The notes beneath the pieces are model-generated. The model had not been told where the DNA came from. It searched no databases and was given only the letters and a program-made list of their open reading frames with translations. Below are positions 31,931 through 42,497 of a DNA stretch of 64,000 nucleotides, piece by piece. Source of the DNA: Candidatus Sumerlaeia bacterium (lineage in GTDB: Bacteria; Sumerlaeota; Sumerlaeia; SLMS01; JANRJK01). Where the stretch lies: contig JANRJK010000036.1 in NCBI GenBank assembly GCA_033764015.1, forward strand, positions 295,164 to 359,163, written 5' to 3'. A program made the position numbers and the translations under genes. Numbering within the stretch: the stretch's first letter is position 1; every line of letters starts with the position of its first letter.

Positions 31931-33286
31931 GTGGCACCTTCCGCCGGCGCGGACCCGGCGAACGCAGTCGCGAAGCCCGCGGGAACCAGGCTGAACACCG
32001 TCTGGTTCCTTTGGGCGTCGCTCGCGCTGCTACTCGTGTTCGTGCTCTACAACGCCGGTTGGGAGCAGGTGCTGTCGTACCTGCTTCTGGGTCTGCCGCA
32101 GGGTTGCATCATCGCGATGATCGCCTTGGGCTACTCGATGGTCTACGGCATCATCCAGCTCATCAATTTCGCACACGGCGAGATCTTCATGCTGAGCGCG
32201 TACCTGACGCTGGCTCTGGTGGTGCCGGCGGACTGGGCGAACGAGCGCTGGGTGCTGGGCATCGCGGCCTTCGCGGCGCTGCTGGCGTTCACGGTGGGGA
32301 CGACGGTATTCACGGTGGCGGAGGAGGCGATCCGCAGCGGCTGGCACCGGCTTGCGCTGGCGGTCGCCGCCGGCGCCGCGGCGGGACTCGGGCTGCACCA
32401 GCTCTTCCGCCTGGAGGTGCCGTACTTCCTGGCGGTGGCGATCTCCGCGGTCGTCGCGCCGAGCCTCGGCATCGCCATGGACCGCATCGCGTACCGGCCG
32501 CTGCGCAGCGCGCCGCGGCTGATTCCGCTCATCACCGCGATCGGCGTCTCGATCTTCCTCGTGAACTTCTCGCAGTTGATGTTCTCGGCGACCGACTTCC
32601 GGATCCCCGACGACTCGCTGCCGCCGATCCTACAGCCGTACTTCCCCTCCTGGGACGATCCGGAGCCGCAGGGGCTGTGGGAGACGATCACCGTCACCAA
32701 GTCGATCCCGGTGACGGAGACCGTCTCGATCCAGTTCGTCGACGTGATCATCCTGGGCCTGACGCTGGTGATGCTGGGCGGGGTGAACTTTTTCGTGCAG
32801 AAGACGAAGGCGGGCGCGGCGATGCGGGCGTGCGCGCTGGACCAGAACATGGCGCGGCTGGTGGGGATCGACGTGAACCGGACGGTGGCGATGACGTTCG
32901 CGCTCGGGTCGGCGCTGGCCGCGGTGGCGTCGCCGTTCTACGTGGTGAAGTACGCCTCGATCAGCCCGACGATGGGCTACATCGTCGGGATCCTGGCGTT
33001 CAGCTCGGCAGTGCTGGGGGGGATCGGGAGCATCAAGGGGGCGATGCTGGGCGGGTTCCTGCTGGGGATCATCTACAACCTGGTGCCGCTGTTCGAGGTG
33101 ACGGCGGACTGGCCGTTCTTCGAGTGGCTGGCGACGCTGCCGGCGTTCGCGGGCGTCGAGAACTGGAACCTGCTGGCGGGAATCAGCGAGTGGCGCCTCG
33201 GGCTCGCCTACATCTTCATGATGGTGGTGCTGGTGGTGCGGCCGTCGGGGCTGTTCGGCCAGTCGGCGGCGGCGCGGCGCGCCTGA
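31931..33286 (+). CDS. livH: Branched-chain amino acid ABC transporter permease (LivH-like, with insertions)
   Basis: ALGYSMVYGIIQLINFAHGEIFM, AYRPLR, G.AMRA, VLGGIGS..GA and RPSGLFG motifs. Start approximate. Confidence 0.88.
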   Translation: MAPSAGADPANAVAKPAGTRLNTVWFLWASLALLLVFVLYNAGWEQVLSYLLLGLPQGCIIAMIALGYSMVYGIIQLINFAHGEIFMLSAYLTLALVVPADWANERWVLGIAAFAALLAFTVGTTVFTVAEEAIRSGWHRLALAVAAGAAAGLGLHQLFRLEVPYFLAVAISAVVAPSLGIAMDRIAYRPLRSAPRLIPLITAIGVSIFLVNFSQLMFSATDFRIPDDSLPPILQPYFPSWDDPEPQGLWETITVTKSIPVTETVSIQFVDVIILGLTLVMLGGVNFFVQKTKAGAAMRACALDQNMARLVGIDVNRTVAMTFALGSALAAVASPFYVVKYASISPTMGYIVGILAFSSAVLGGIGSIKGAMLGGFLLGIIYNLVPLFEVTADWPFFEWLATLPAFAGVENWNLLAGISEWRLGLAYIFMMVVLVVRPSGLFGQSAAARRA

Positions 33287-33303
33287 TCGACGCGGTCGCT
33301 CGG

Positions 33304-33343
33304 AAAACGAAACCGGCCCCCGCGATGGGGGCCGGTGTTTTTT
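33304..33343. terminator. Bidirectional intrinsic terminator between livH and the tRNA pair
   Basis: Stem ACCGGCCCCC/GGGGGCCGGT flanked by an A-rich run on the left and TTTTTT on the right. Confidence 0.8.
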
Positions 33344-33373
33344 CGTCCAGCGCGATCCGCTAGGGAAAAGTGC

Positions 33374-33450
<77 letters not shown>

Positions 33451-33470
33451 GCTGGGGACCCGGTTGCCGG

Positions 33471-33547
33471 TGGTGGGCGAAACAGGATTCGAACCTGTGA
33501 CATCCAGCTTGTAAGGCTGGCGCTCTAACCAACTGAGCTATTCGCCC
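33471..33547 (-). tRNA. tRNA-Val (TAC)
   Basis: GGGCGAATAGCTCAGTTGGTTAGAGCGCCAGCCTTACAAGCTGGATGTCACAGGTTCGAATCCTGTTTCGCCCACCA. Confidence 0.97.
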
Positions 33548-33589
33548 GCGTGCGGCGTTGTCAGTCGCCGCTGCAACCGCGAGTCGATG

Positions 33590-33618
33590 AGGGTCCGAAT
33601 CGGCGTGCCTGCGGTCAA
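33590..33618 (-). promoter_or_regulatory. Candidate promoter for tRNA-Val/Asp
   Basis: TTGACC (33613-33618), 17 nt, GACCCT (33590-33595). Confidence 0.5.
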
Positions 33619-33664
33619 GAGCCAAAAGCAGGCTCCGGTGGAAAAAGTCGCCGTCGCCGCACAC

Positions 33665-35347
33665 TCAATGGGTGGTCCACCCGTCGCGCTTAAGCGCCGG
33701 GTCGCAACGGCTCCAGACGAAGCGTAGGACATCCGATACGAGGAAGGGCTCCCCGGGGACCGCCGCCCGGTCGCGAAGGATGGTGAAGCGCTCGCCGGCG
33801 ACCACCACCGCCCTCGGATAGATCCGTTCCGTTGTGGTATCCAGTTGGACGAGCTGGAGCAGGAGACCCTCGGCGGAGTAGCGCGCCAGCACCGCGTCCT
33901 CGCTGGTTCGCGAAGCGAGGTCGGATTGCGTGAACCCCGGGTACTGCCCCTGGTTCGCGAAGAGGAGGACCGGTTCCCCCGAATCGTTGATCGCGAGGCT
34001 TTCCGCGAACCCACCCTCCGGGCGGCTGGTCTGGCGCCTCCACGCGAGTTGGAGGTTGGAATCAAGCGCGAGCAGGAAGATCGCAATCGCTGGGGGCGCG
34101 CCCCCGCTCGGGTCGAAGGCGCCGCGGGTCTGCCCCGTCAGGTAGAAGCGGCCCGCGCCGTCTGTGGCGGAATCGAACGCAAGATCGTCATCGACGCTGC
34201 CAAGGACTGCCCCCGAGTGGATTGAGCCATCCGCCATTGCACGGGCGACGAAGATGTCGCGCTGGCCTCCGAGGTCTTCGGGCGTCGCAAGGGGGTAGAG
34301 CGATCCAAGCGTGTCGCCGGAAAGCACCCAACCTCCGTCCGGATGTGGCGCGGCGTTGAACAGGCGATCGTCTTCAGCGGATCCGAACTGCGTGGCGAGG
34401 ACCTGCGTCCCGTCCGCTGCGCTGTAGACTGCGAGGAAGCAATCGAGGCGTCCGGCGGGGGCGCCAGCAATCCCGCCCTGTGTGAATCCCCCGACCGCGA
34501 GTAGATCGCCGCCGATGTTCGGGGACACGGCGTAACCGTAGTCGTACCCGGGCCCCGAGAGTTCGCTCGACCAGACCAATCCCGAAGGCGCGACACGCAC
34601 AACCGCGACCCGGTCTTCGTCGCCGCCGGCGCCGCCTGAGGCCCCAACCGCGAACACGTCCTTTCCCACCGGATCGGCTTGCTTGATCGTCCGCAGGTAG
34701 AGCGGTGCGAGGGACTCCCAGGACGCCGTCTCGGTTCCCGACGGGTCCAACCAGACGATTCGCGACGTGTGGCTGGAGGGGGAGTTGATAACGGCGCAGA
34801 CGGATCCGTCGCTCCAACCCACCATGCCTTCGGCGCTTGTGAAGCCGTCCGAGGGCACCAGCGTTTCCTGGTGTGGGACCCTGACCGGGGCACAGGCGGG
34901 GTCCCCACCTTGCGGTGGCAGCGAACCGTCCGGCGGTCGATCAGCGTCGCTGGTGGCGCATCGGATTCCTTCGAGGGTCATGACGCCGGATGAGTCCAGG
35001 GCGCGGGCGCGAATCACGTAGGAGCCTCGGACGGGGACGAACAGATCGATTGATTGGCCGCTGGCGACCACCTCGCCAGTGGGATCGGAGAGCTCGATGT
35101 CCGAAGGCACATTGGCCAAGAGCCGGACCCTAGTGCCGCGCAGCACGTTCACCACTCGGAGTTCGAGGATAGAACCGGTCTCCAGCGGATAGCTGCCGTC
35201 ACAAACGATCTGTTGGGCGTGGCAGGGGTCCGCTCCGGGAATCGTAAGCGCCAGCCCCAGGATGAGAGGATCGAGCGTACGTTTCGGAACACACGCAGCG
35301 GGGCGGGCGAACCAATTGCGGCGCTGTAAAGCCCGTGCCTTGTCCAC
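33665..35347 (-). CDS. Secreted beta-propeller (SBBP-repeat-like) protein; start uncertain
   Basis: Repeats such as DCFLAVYSAADGTQVLATQFGSAEDD and DIFVARAMADGS...GSVDDDLAFDSATDGAGRFYLTGQT. Hydrophobic leader LILGLALTIPGADPCHAQ. The part of the 1004-aa track ORF 5' of ~35350 is shadow. Confidence 0.7.
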   Translation of the reverse strand: MDKARALQRRNWFARPAACVPKRTLDPLILGLALTIPGADPCHAQQIVCDGSYPLETGSILELRVVNVLRGTRVRLLANVPSDIELSDPTGEVVASGQSIDLFVPVRGSYVIRARALDSSGVMTLEGIRCATSDADRPPDGSLPPQGGDPACAPVRVPHQETLVPSDGFTSAEGMVGWSDGSVCAVINSPSSHTSRIVWLDPSGTETASWESLAPLYLRTIKQADPVGKDVFAVGASGGAGGDEDRVAVVRVAPSGLVWSSELSGPGYDYGYAVSPNIGGDLLAVGGFTQGGIAGAPAGRLDCFLAVYSAADGTQVLATQFGSAEDDRLFNAAPHPDGGWVLSGDTLGSLYPLATPEDLGGQRDIFVARAMADGSIHSGAVLGSVDDDLAFDSATDGAGRFYLTGQTRGAFDPSGGAPPAIAIFLLALDSNLQLAWRRQTSRPEGGFAESLAINDSGEPVLLFANQGQYPGFTQSDLASRTSEDAVLARYSAEGLLLQLVQLDTTTERIYPRAVVVAGERFTILRDRAAVPGEPFLVSDVLRFVWSRCDPALKRDGWTTH

Positions 35348-35557
35348 TCCGCAAGCCGGTTGCGATATCGGATTCAATCTTTGCCACCCTCTCCGGCGGA
35401 TGCCACATGCCGACGGTTGATTTCCGGTCCCGACCGGGCAGCTTTCGGGCCATGCCTGTGGGCAGCTCGTGAGTGGGGGGCCACCCCGCCTTGACCGCGC
35501 CCGCGCCGGCGTGTGCGATGGTGGACCGCCCTTCCGGGCGCGAGCGGAGAAGGCGCC

Positions 35558-36079
35558 ATGGTCCATCGCTACGGCCTCATCAGCGACACGCACGGCGCGC
35601 TGCATCCGGAAGTGTTCCCGCGCTTCGAGGGCGTGGAGGCGATCCTGCACGCGGGCGACGTTTGCAGCGACTCCATCATCGGGGAGCTGGCCGCCATCGC
35701 GCCGGTGCACGCGGTGGCGGGGAACTGCGACCAGGTCTCCGCGGAGCTGCCGCTGCGGCGCACGGTGGAGTTGCCGTTCGGCCTCGCGGGGATCGCGCAC
35801 GGCCACCTGCACGCGGCGAAGGTGGATGAGCGGGTGAAGCAGCTCGCGGAGGCCTTCAAGGCCCCGCGGCTCCGGCTGGTGCTGACGGGGCACAGCCACG
35901 TGGCGCTGAAGCAGCCGGTGGGCGGCGTGCTGGTGGTGAACCCGGGCGCGGCGTGCCCGCCGCGGATGGGCACCTGGCCCAGCGTGGCGCTGCTGCTTTG
36001 GGACGACGCGGCGGACTCGATCGAGGTCGAGTTCTACCAATTGAACTGGAGCAACGTGCCGCGTCCGCGGCGCTGGTAG
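35558..36079 (+). CDS. YfcE/MJ0936-family metallophosphoesterase
   Basis: ISDTHG, HAGD, VAGNCD, HGH, GHSH and NPG motifs. Confidence 0.92.
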   Translation: MVHRYGLISDTHGALHPEVFPRFEGVEAILHAGDVCSDSIIGELAAIAPVHAVAGNCDQVSAELPLRRTVELPFGLAGIAHGHLHAAKVDERVKQLAEAFKAPRLRLVLTGHSHVALKQPVGGVLVVNPGAACPPRMGTWPSVALLLWDDAADSIEVEFYQLNWSNVPRPRRW

Positions 36080-36148
36080 GCCCGCGCCGGGAAACGGTTG
36101 CGGCTCCGGCGCGGGCGGGCGCTGATGGTCGCCGCGAAAGGACTCCGC

Positions 36149-36838
36149 GTGGACACCCTTATCGAACGGCTCCCAGAGTTCCTGCTCTTCTACTCGGTCC
36201 TCCTGTTCTCGCTCTCGTTCCACGAGGCGGCGCACGCGATCTCGGCCAAGTGGGGGGGAGACCACACGGCGGCGTACCAGGGGCGGGTGACGATGAACCC
36301 GCTGGCGCACATCGACCCGATCGGGACGGTGCTGATGCCGATGCTGATGTTCTTCAGCGGCATCCCGTTCCTGATCGGCTGGGCGAAGCCGGTGCCGGTG
36401 CAGGACCTGAACTTCCGCCGGTCGAACTGGGGGATGATCGTGGCGCTGGCGGGGCCGTTCAGCAACGTGATCCTGGCGTTCTGCGGCGCCTTCGCGGTGC
36501 TGCTCTTCTCCGTGGCGGCGGGGTTCGGGCTGGTGCCCGCCGGATCGAAGGCGGGCGCGGTCGTGATGCAGGGTCTCGAAATCTTCATCCTGATGAATTG
36601 CGCGCTGGCGGCGTTCAACATGCTGCCGGTGCCGCCGCTGGACGGCTCGCACGTGCTCTGGCACACCGTCGTCAAGCACCGCCCCTCGCTGTACCCGCTC
36701 TTCGACACGCTGCAGCAGTTCGGCTTCTTCATCCTGATGGCGCTGCTGGCGCTGACGCCGCTCAAGGCGCTACTCTGGGTGGTGATCCAGCTCATGCGCC
36801 GCGCCGCGCTCTCCCTCACCTCCCTCGGAATCGCCTGA
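36149..36838 (+). CDS. Site-2 protease (peptidase M50)
   Basis: HEAAH, NPLAHIDP, GWAKPVP, AGP.SN and FNMLPVPPLDG motifs. SD AAAGGA before GTG. Confidence 0.93.
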   Translation: MDTLIERLPEFLLFYSVLLFSLSFHEAAHAISAKWGGDHTAAYQGRVTMNPLAHIDPIGTVLMPMLMFFSGIPFLIGWAKPVPVQDLNFRRSNWGMIVALAGPFSNVILAFCGAFAVLLFSVAAGFGLVPAGSKAGAVVMQGLEIFILMNCALAAFNMLPVPPLDGSHVLWHTVVKHRPSLYPLFDTLQQFGFFILMALLALTPLKALLWVVIQLMRRAALSLTSLGIA

Positions 36839-36842
36839 CCCC

Positions 36843-37850
36843 ATGACCGACACCACAACCGCCCGCCCCGTGCTCCTTTCGGGGAGCCGCCCGACGGGGC
36901 GCCAGCACCTCGGCAACTACATCGGCGCGCTGGTGCAGTGGCTCGACCTGCAGGACAGCCACTCGTGCTTCTTCATGATCGCCGACTGGCACGCGCTCAC
37001 ATCGACGTACCGCGACACGAGCGAGCTCCCCGCGAACATCCGCAACCAGATGCTGGACTGGCTGGCGATCGGGCTCGATCCGGAGCGCTCCGTGATCTTC
37101 CTGCAGTCGGCGGTGAAGGAGCACGCGGAGCTGTCGCTGCTGCTGGGCATGTTCGCGCCGCTGGGCCTGATGGAGCGCTGCACGTCGTGGAAGGACAACG
37201 TGGTCGAGCAGGGCAACGAGCTGCTGCGCACCTACGGGTTCCTGGGCTATCCGTGCCTGCAGGCGGCGGACATCCTGCTGTACGACACGCACGTGGTGCC
37301 GGTCGGCAAGGACCAGGTGGAGCACATCGAGAAGGCGCAGGACCTGGCGGAGCGCGTGAACCACTATTACGGCGGGGTGTTCCGCGTGCCGCAGTGGCGC
37401 CTTTCGCCGCAGGCGCCGGTGCTGCTCGGCAACGACGGGCGGAAGATGTCGAAAAGCTACGGCAACACCATCTTCGTCACGGAGGACCGCGACTCGGTCC
37501 GCGAGAAGGCGATGGTGATGGTGACCGACCCCGCGCGCGTGCGCCGCACGGATCCGGGGGACCCGGAGAAGTGCAGCGTGTGGAGCTACCACAAGATCTT
37601 CACGGACGCCTCGCGCCACGAGGAGATCCAGACGGGCTGCCGCGCGGCGGGCATCGGCTGCCGCGACTGCAAGAAGATCCTGGTGGAGGCGCTGGAGAAG
37701 CGCTTCGACCCGATCCGCGAGCGGCGCGCGACGCTGGAGGCGGACGCCGCCGGCACGCGGGACCTGATCGAGCACGGCAACGCCCGCGCGCGCGAAGTTG
37801 CGCGGGCGACCATGGAGCGCGTCAGGGAAAAGCTTAACCTGAACGGTTGA
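36843..37850 (+). CDS. trpS: Tryptophan--tRNA ligase
   Basis: PTG..HLGNY, YP.LQAADIL, VPVGKDQ and KMSKS motifs. Confidence 0.97.
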   Translation: MTDTTTARPVLLSGSRPTGRQHLGNYIGALVQWLDLQDSHSCFFMIADWHALTSTYRDTSELPANIRNQMLDWLAIGLDPERSVIFLQSAVKEHAELSLLLGMFAPLGLMERCTSWKDNVVEQGNELLRTYGFLGYPCLQAADILLYDTHVVPVGKDQVEHIEKAQDLAERVNHYYGGVFRVPQWRLSPQAPVLLGNDGRKMSKSYGNTIFVTEDRDSVREKAMVMVTDPARVRRTDPGDPEKCSVWSYHKIFTDASRHEEIQTGCRAAGIGCRDCKKILVEALEKRFDPIRERRATLEADAAGTRDLIEHGNARAREVARATMERVREKLNLNG

Positions 37851-37917
37851 GCGGCGGGGCTTGAATAGCCCCGAGGCGCAGCGGTAAGGGAACCGCAAGC
37901 CAACGAGGAGCAACCGC

Positions 37918-39159
37918 ATGAACGTGCGGTTCCGCAGCAAGCCAGCCAAGTACGACTCCGGACGCCATACGGCGCCGGGGTGCCTGATCCCGTTCTTCCT
38001 GATCTTCGCGATCGCCGGGGCCGCCGCCGGGTTCTTCCTCTTCCGCAACATCCAGAAGGGGCGCGAGGTCGAGAACACCTGGCCGCAGGTTCCCGCCCGC
38101 ATCATCTCCTCGCAGATCATCACGAACCACGACAGCGACGGGAACACATACCGCCCCGAGTTCACCTACGTTTACGAGTTCGAGGGGCGCCAGGAGTCGG
38201 CCACCGGCCACTCCCCGGCGCGGTTCTCCTCGGGCTACGGCTGGGCCAACCGGCGCCTCGCCGAGCACCCCGTCGGCTCGGAGACAATGGTCTACGTGAA
38301 TCCGGCGGATCCCTCCGAGGCGTACATCGAGGGCGCATCCGGGATGCTTTGGCTCTTCCTGCTGATCCCTGCGGTGTTCATCGCGGTTGGAATCGGCGGG
38401 CCGGTGTGGGTGCTGCGGAGCCGCTCCGCGGAGAGCACCGCGCTGCCGGCGCCCAGCGCGGCGGACCTGTCGCAGCGGACGCCCAGCGGTTCCGGGAAGG
38501 CGTTCGGCTGCTTCCCCGCGGCGCCGAAAACGACGCCCGGGCGGCGCCTCGCCGTGTCGATCCCTCCTGAGACCTCAGGGGTCGCGAGGATTATCGGGCT
38601 CCTTCTCGTTTCGATCATCTGGAACGGCATTTCCTGGGTCGGATTCGTCAGCGTTTACCGGGAGCAGGGCTGGGCCTTTCCCACATTCTTCCTGCTGCTG
38701 TTCGTGCTGGTCGGCGCGGGGCTCATCTCGGGCTTCGTCCATGCGGTGCTGCGCGTGTTCCTGACGGGGAGCACGGAGCTCGAGCTGGACCGCGAGCCGA
38801 TGCGCCCCGGGGGCTACAGCCGACTCGTCGTCCGCCAGCACGGGCGCAACCGCATCAACCAGCTTTCGGTCAAGGTGCTGTGCCGCGAGAGCGTCACCTA
38901 CCGGCAGGGTACCAGCACCGTGACCCACACGGAGACGGTGTACGAGTATCCGCTGGCCGACTTGTCCGGGGGCGAGTCGCGCCCCGGCCAGCCGTTCGAG
39001 TTCACCACCGAGTTCGCGCTCCCCGAGGAGGCGATGCACAGCTTCCAGGCCTCGAACAACAAGATCGTCTGGAGCGTGGAAGTGAAGATGGATATTCCCG
39101 GGAAGCCCGACGTGCACGACCAGTTCGTGTTCCGCGTCGCGCCGCCGATGGGGGCCTGA
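37918..39159 (+). CDS. DUF3592 domain membrane protein with C-terminal arrestin/SpoOM-like domain
   Basis: TM, then W..V.ARI.SS...Y.P.F.Y.Y...VYVNPADPSEA (DUF3592), then three TMs and a beta-sandwich ending SFQASNNKIVW. Confidence 0.75.
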   Translation: MNVRFRSKPAKYDSGRHTAPGCLIPFFLIFAIAGAAAGFFLFRNIQKGREVENTWPQVPARIISSQIITNHDSDGNTYRPEFTYVYEFEGRQESATGHSPARFSSGYGWANRRLAEHPVGSETMVYVNPADPSEAYIEGASGMLWLFLLIPAVFIAVGIGGPVWVLRSRSAESTALPAPSAADLSQRTPSGSGKAFGCFPAAPKTTPGRRLAVSIPPETSGVARIIGLLLVSIIWNGISWVGFVSVYREQGWAFPTFFLLLFVLVGAGLISGFVHAVLRVFLTGSTELELDREPMRPGGYSRLVVRQHGRNRINQLSVKVLCRESVTYRQGTSTVTHTETVYEYPLADLSGGESRPGQPFEFTTEFALPEEAMHSFQASNNKIVWSVEVKMDIPGKPDVHDQFVFRVAPPMGA

Positions 39160-39164
39160 CGCCG

Positions 39165-39593
39165 ATGGCCGCGCCGGAACTGATGCTGCACCTCGAAGAC
39201 GCCCGAACGGTCTTCCACCCCGGGGACCGGATCGCCGGTGAGGCCCACGTCGTGAACGACAGCGAGTGGACCGCGACGCAGTTCGTGGTCGAGCTGCGCT
39301 GGAGCACGTACGGGCGCGGCGACCAGGACACGGGCGCCGGCGCGGTGCAGGTACTGGCGCCGCCGGGGCAGGAGGTGCCCGCCCGTTCTAGCCACCGCTT
39401 CGCGCTGACGGTGCCGCCGCTCCCGTGGACGTACCACGGGCGCGCGCTCAAGATCGGCTGGTGCGTGCGCCTCTACGCGGGAGGGCGGCACATCACGGAT
39501 TCGGAGACGACGGTCGATTTCGAGCTTCGCCCAAGGCCAGAGCCTGCAGGTGTCGACAGCATGGCTCCGCCGGACCTGCCGCCGCCGGAGTAG
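39165..39593 (+). CDS. Small arrestin-N/SpoOM-like beta-sandwich protein
   Basis: FHPGDRIAG, LRWSTYGRGDQD and F.L.VPPLPWTYHG..LKIGW motifs. Starts 5 nt after the upstream stop. Confidence 0.65.
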   Translation: MAAPELMLHLEDARTVFHPGDRIAGEAHVVNDSEWTATQFVVELRWSTYGRGDQDTGAGAVQVLAPPGQEVPARSSHRFALTVPPLPWTYHGRALKIGWCVRLYAGGRHITDSETTVDFELRPRPEPAGVDSMAPPDLPPPE

Positions 39594-39602
39594 GCCGGGA
39601 GC

Positions 39603-42431
<2,829 letters not shown>

Positions 42432-42497
42432 GTGTTCCTTCGTCCGCGGGTTGCGGTCCGTGCCGACGGGTGGCAACGGACGTGCCGGTCGTGGAGG

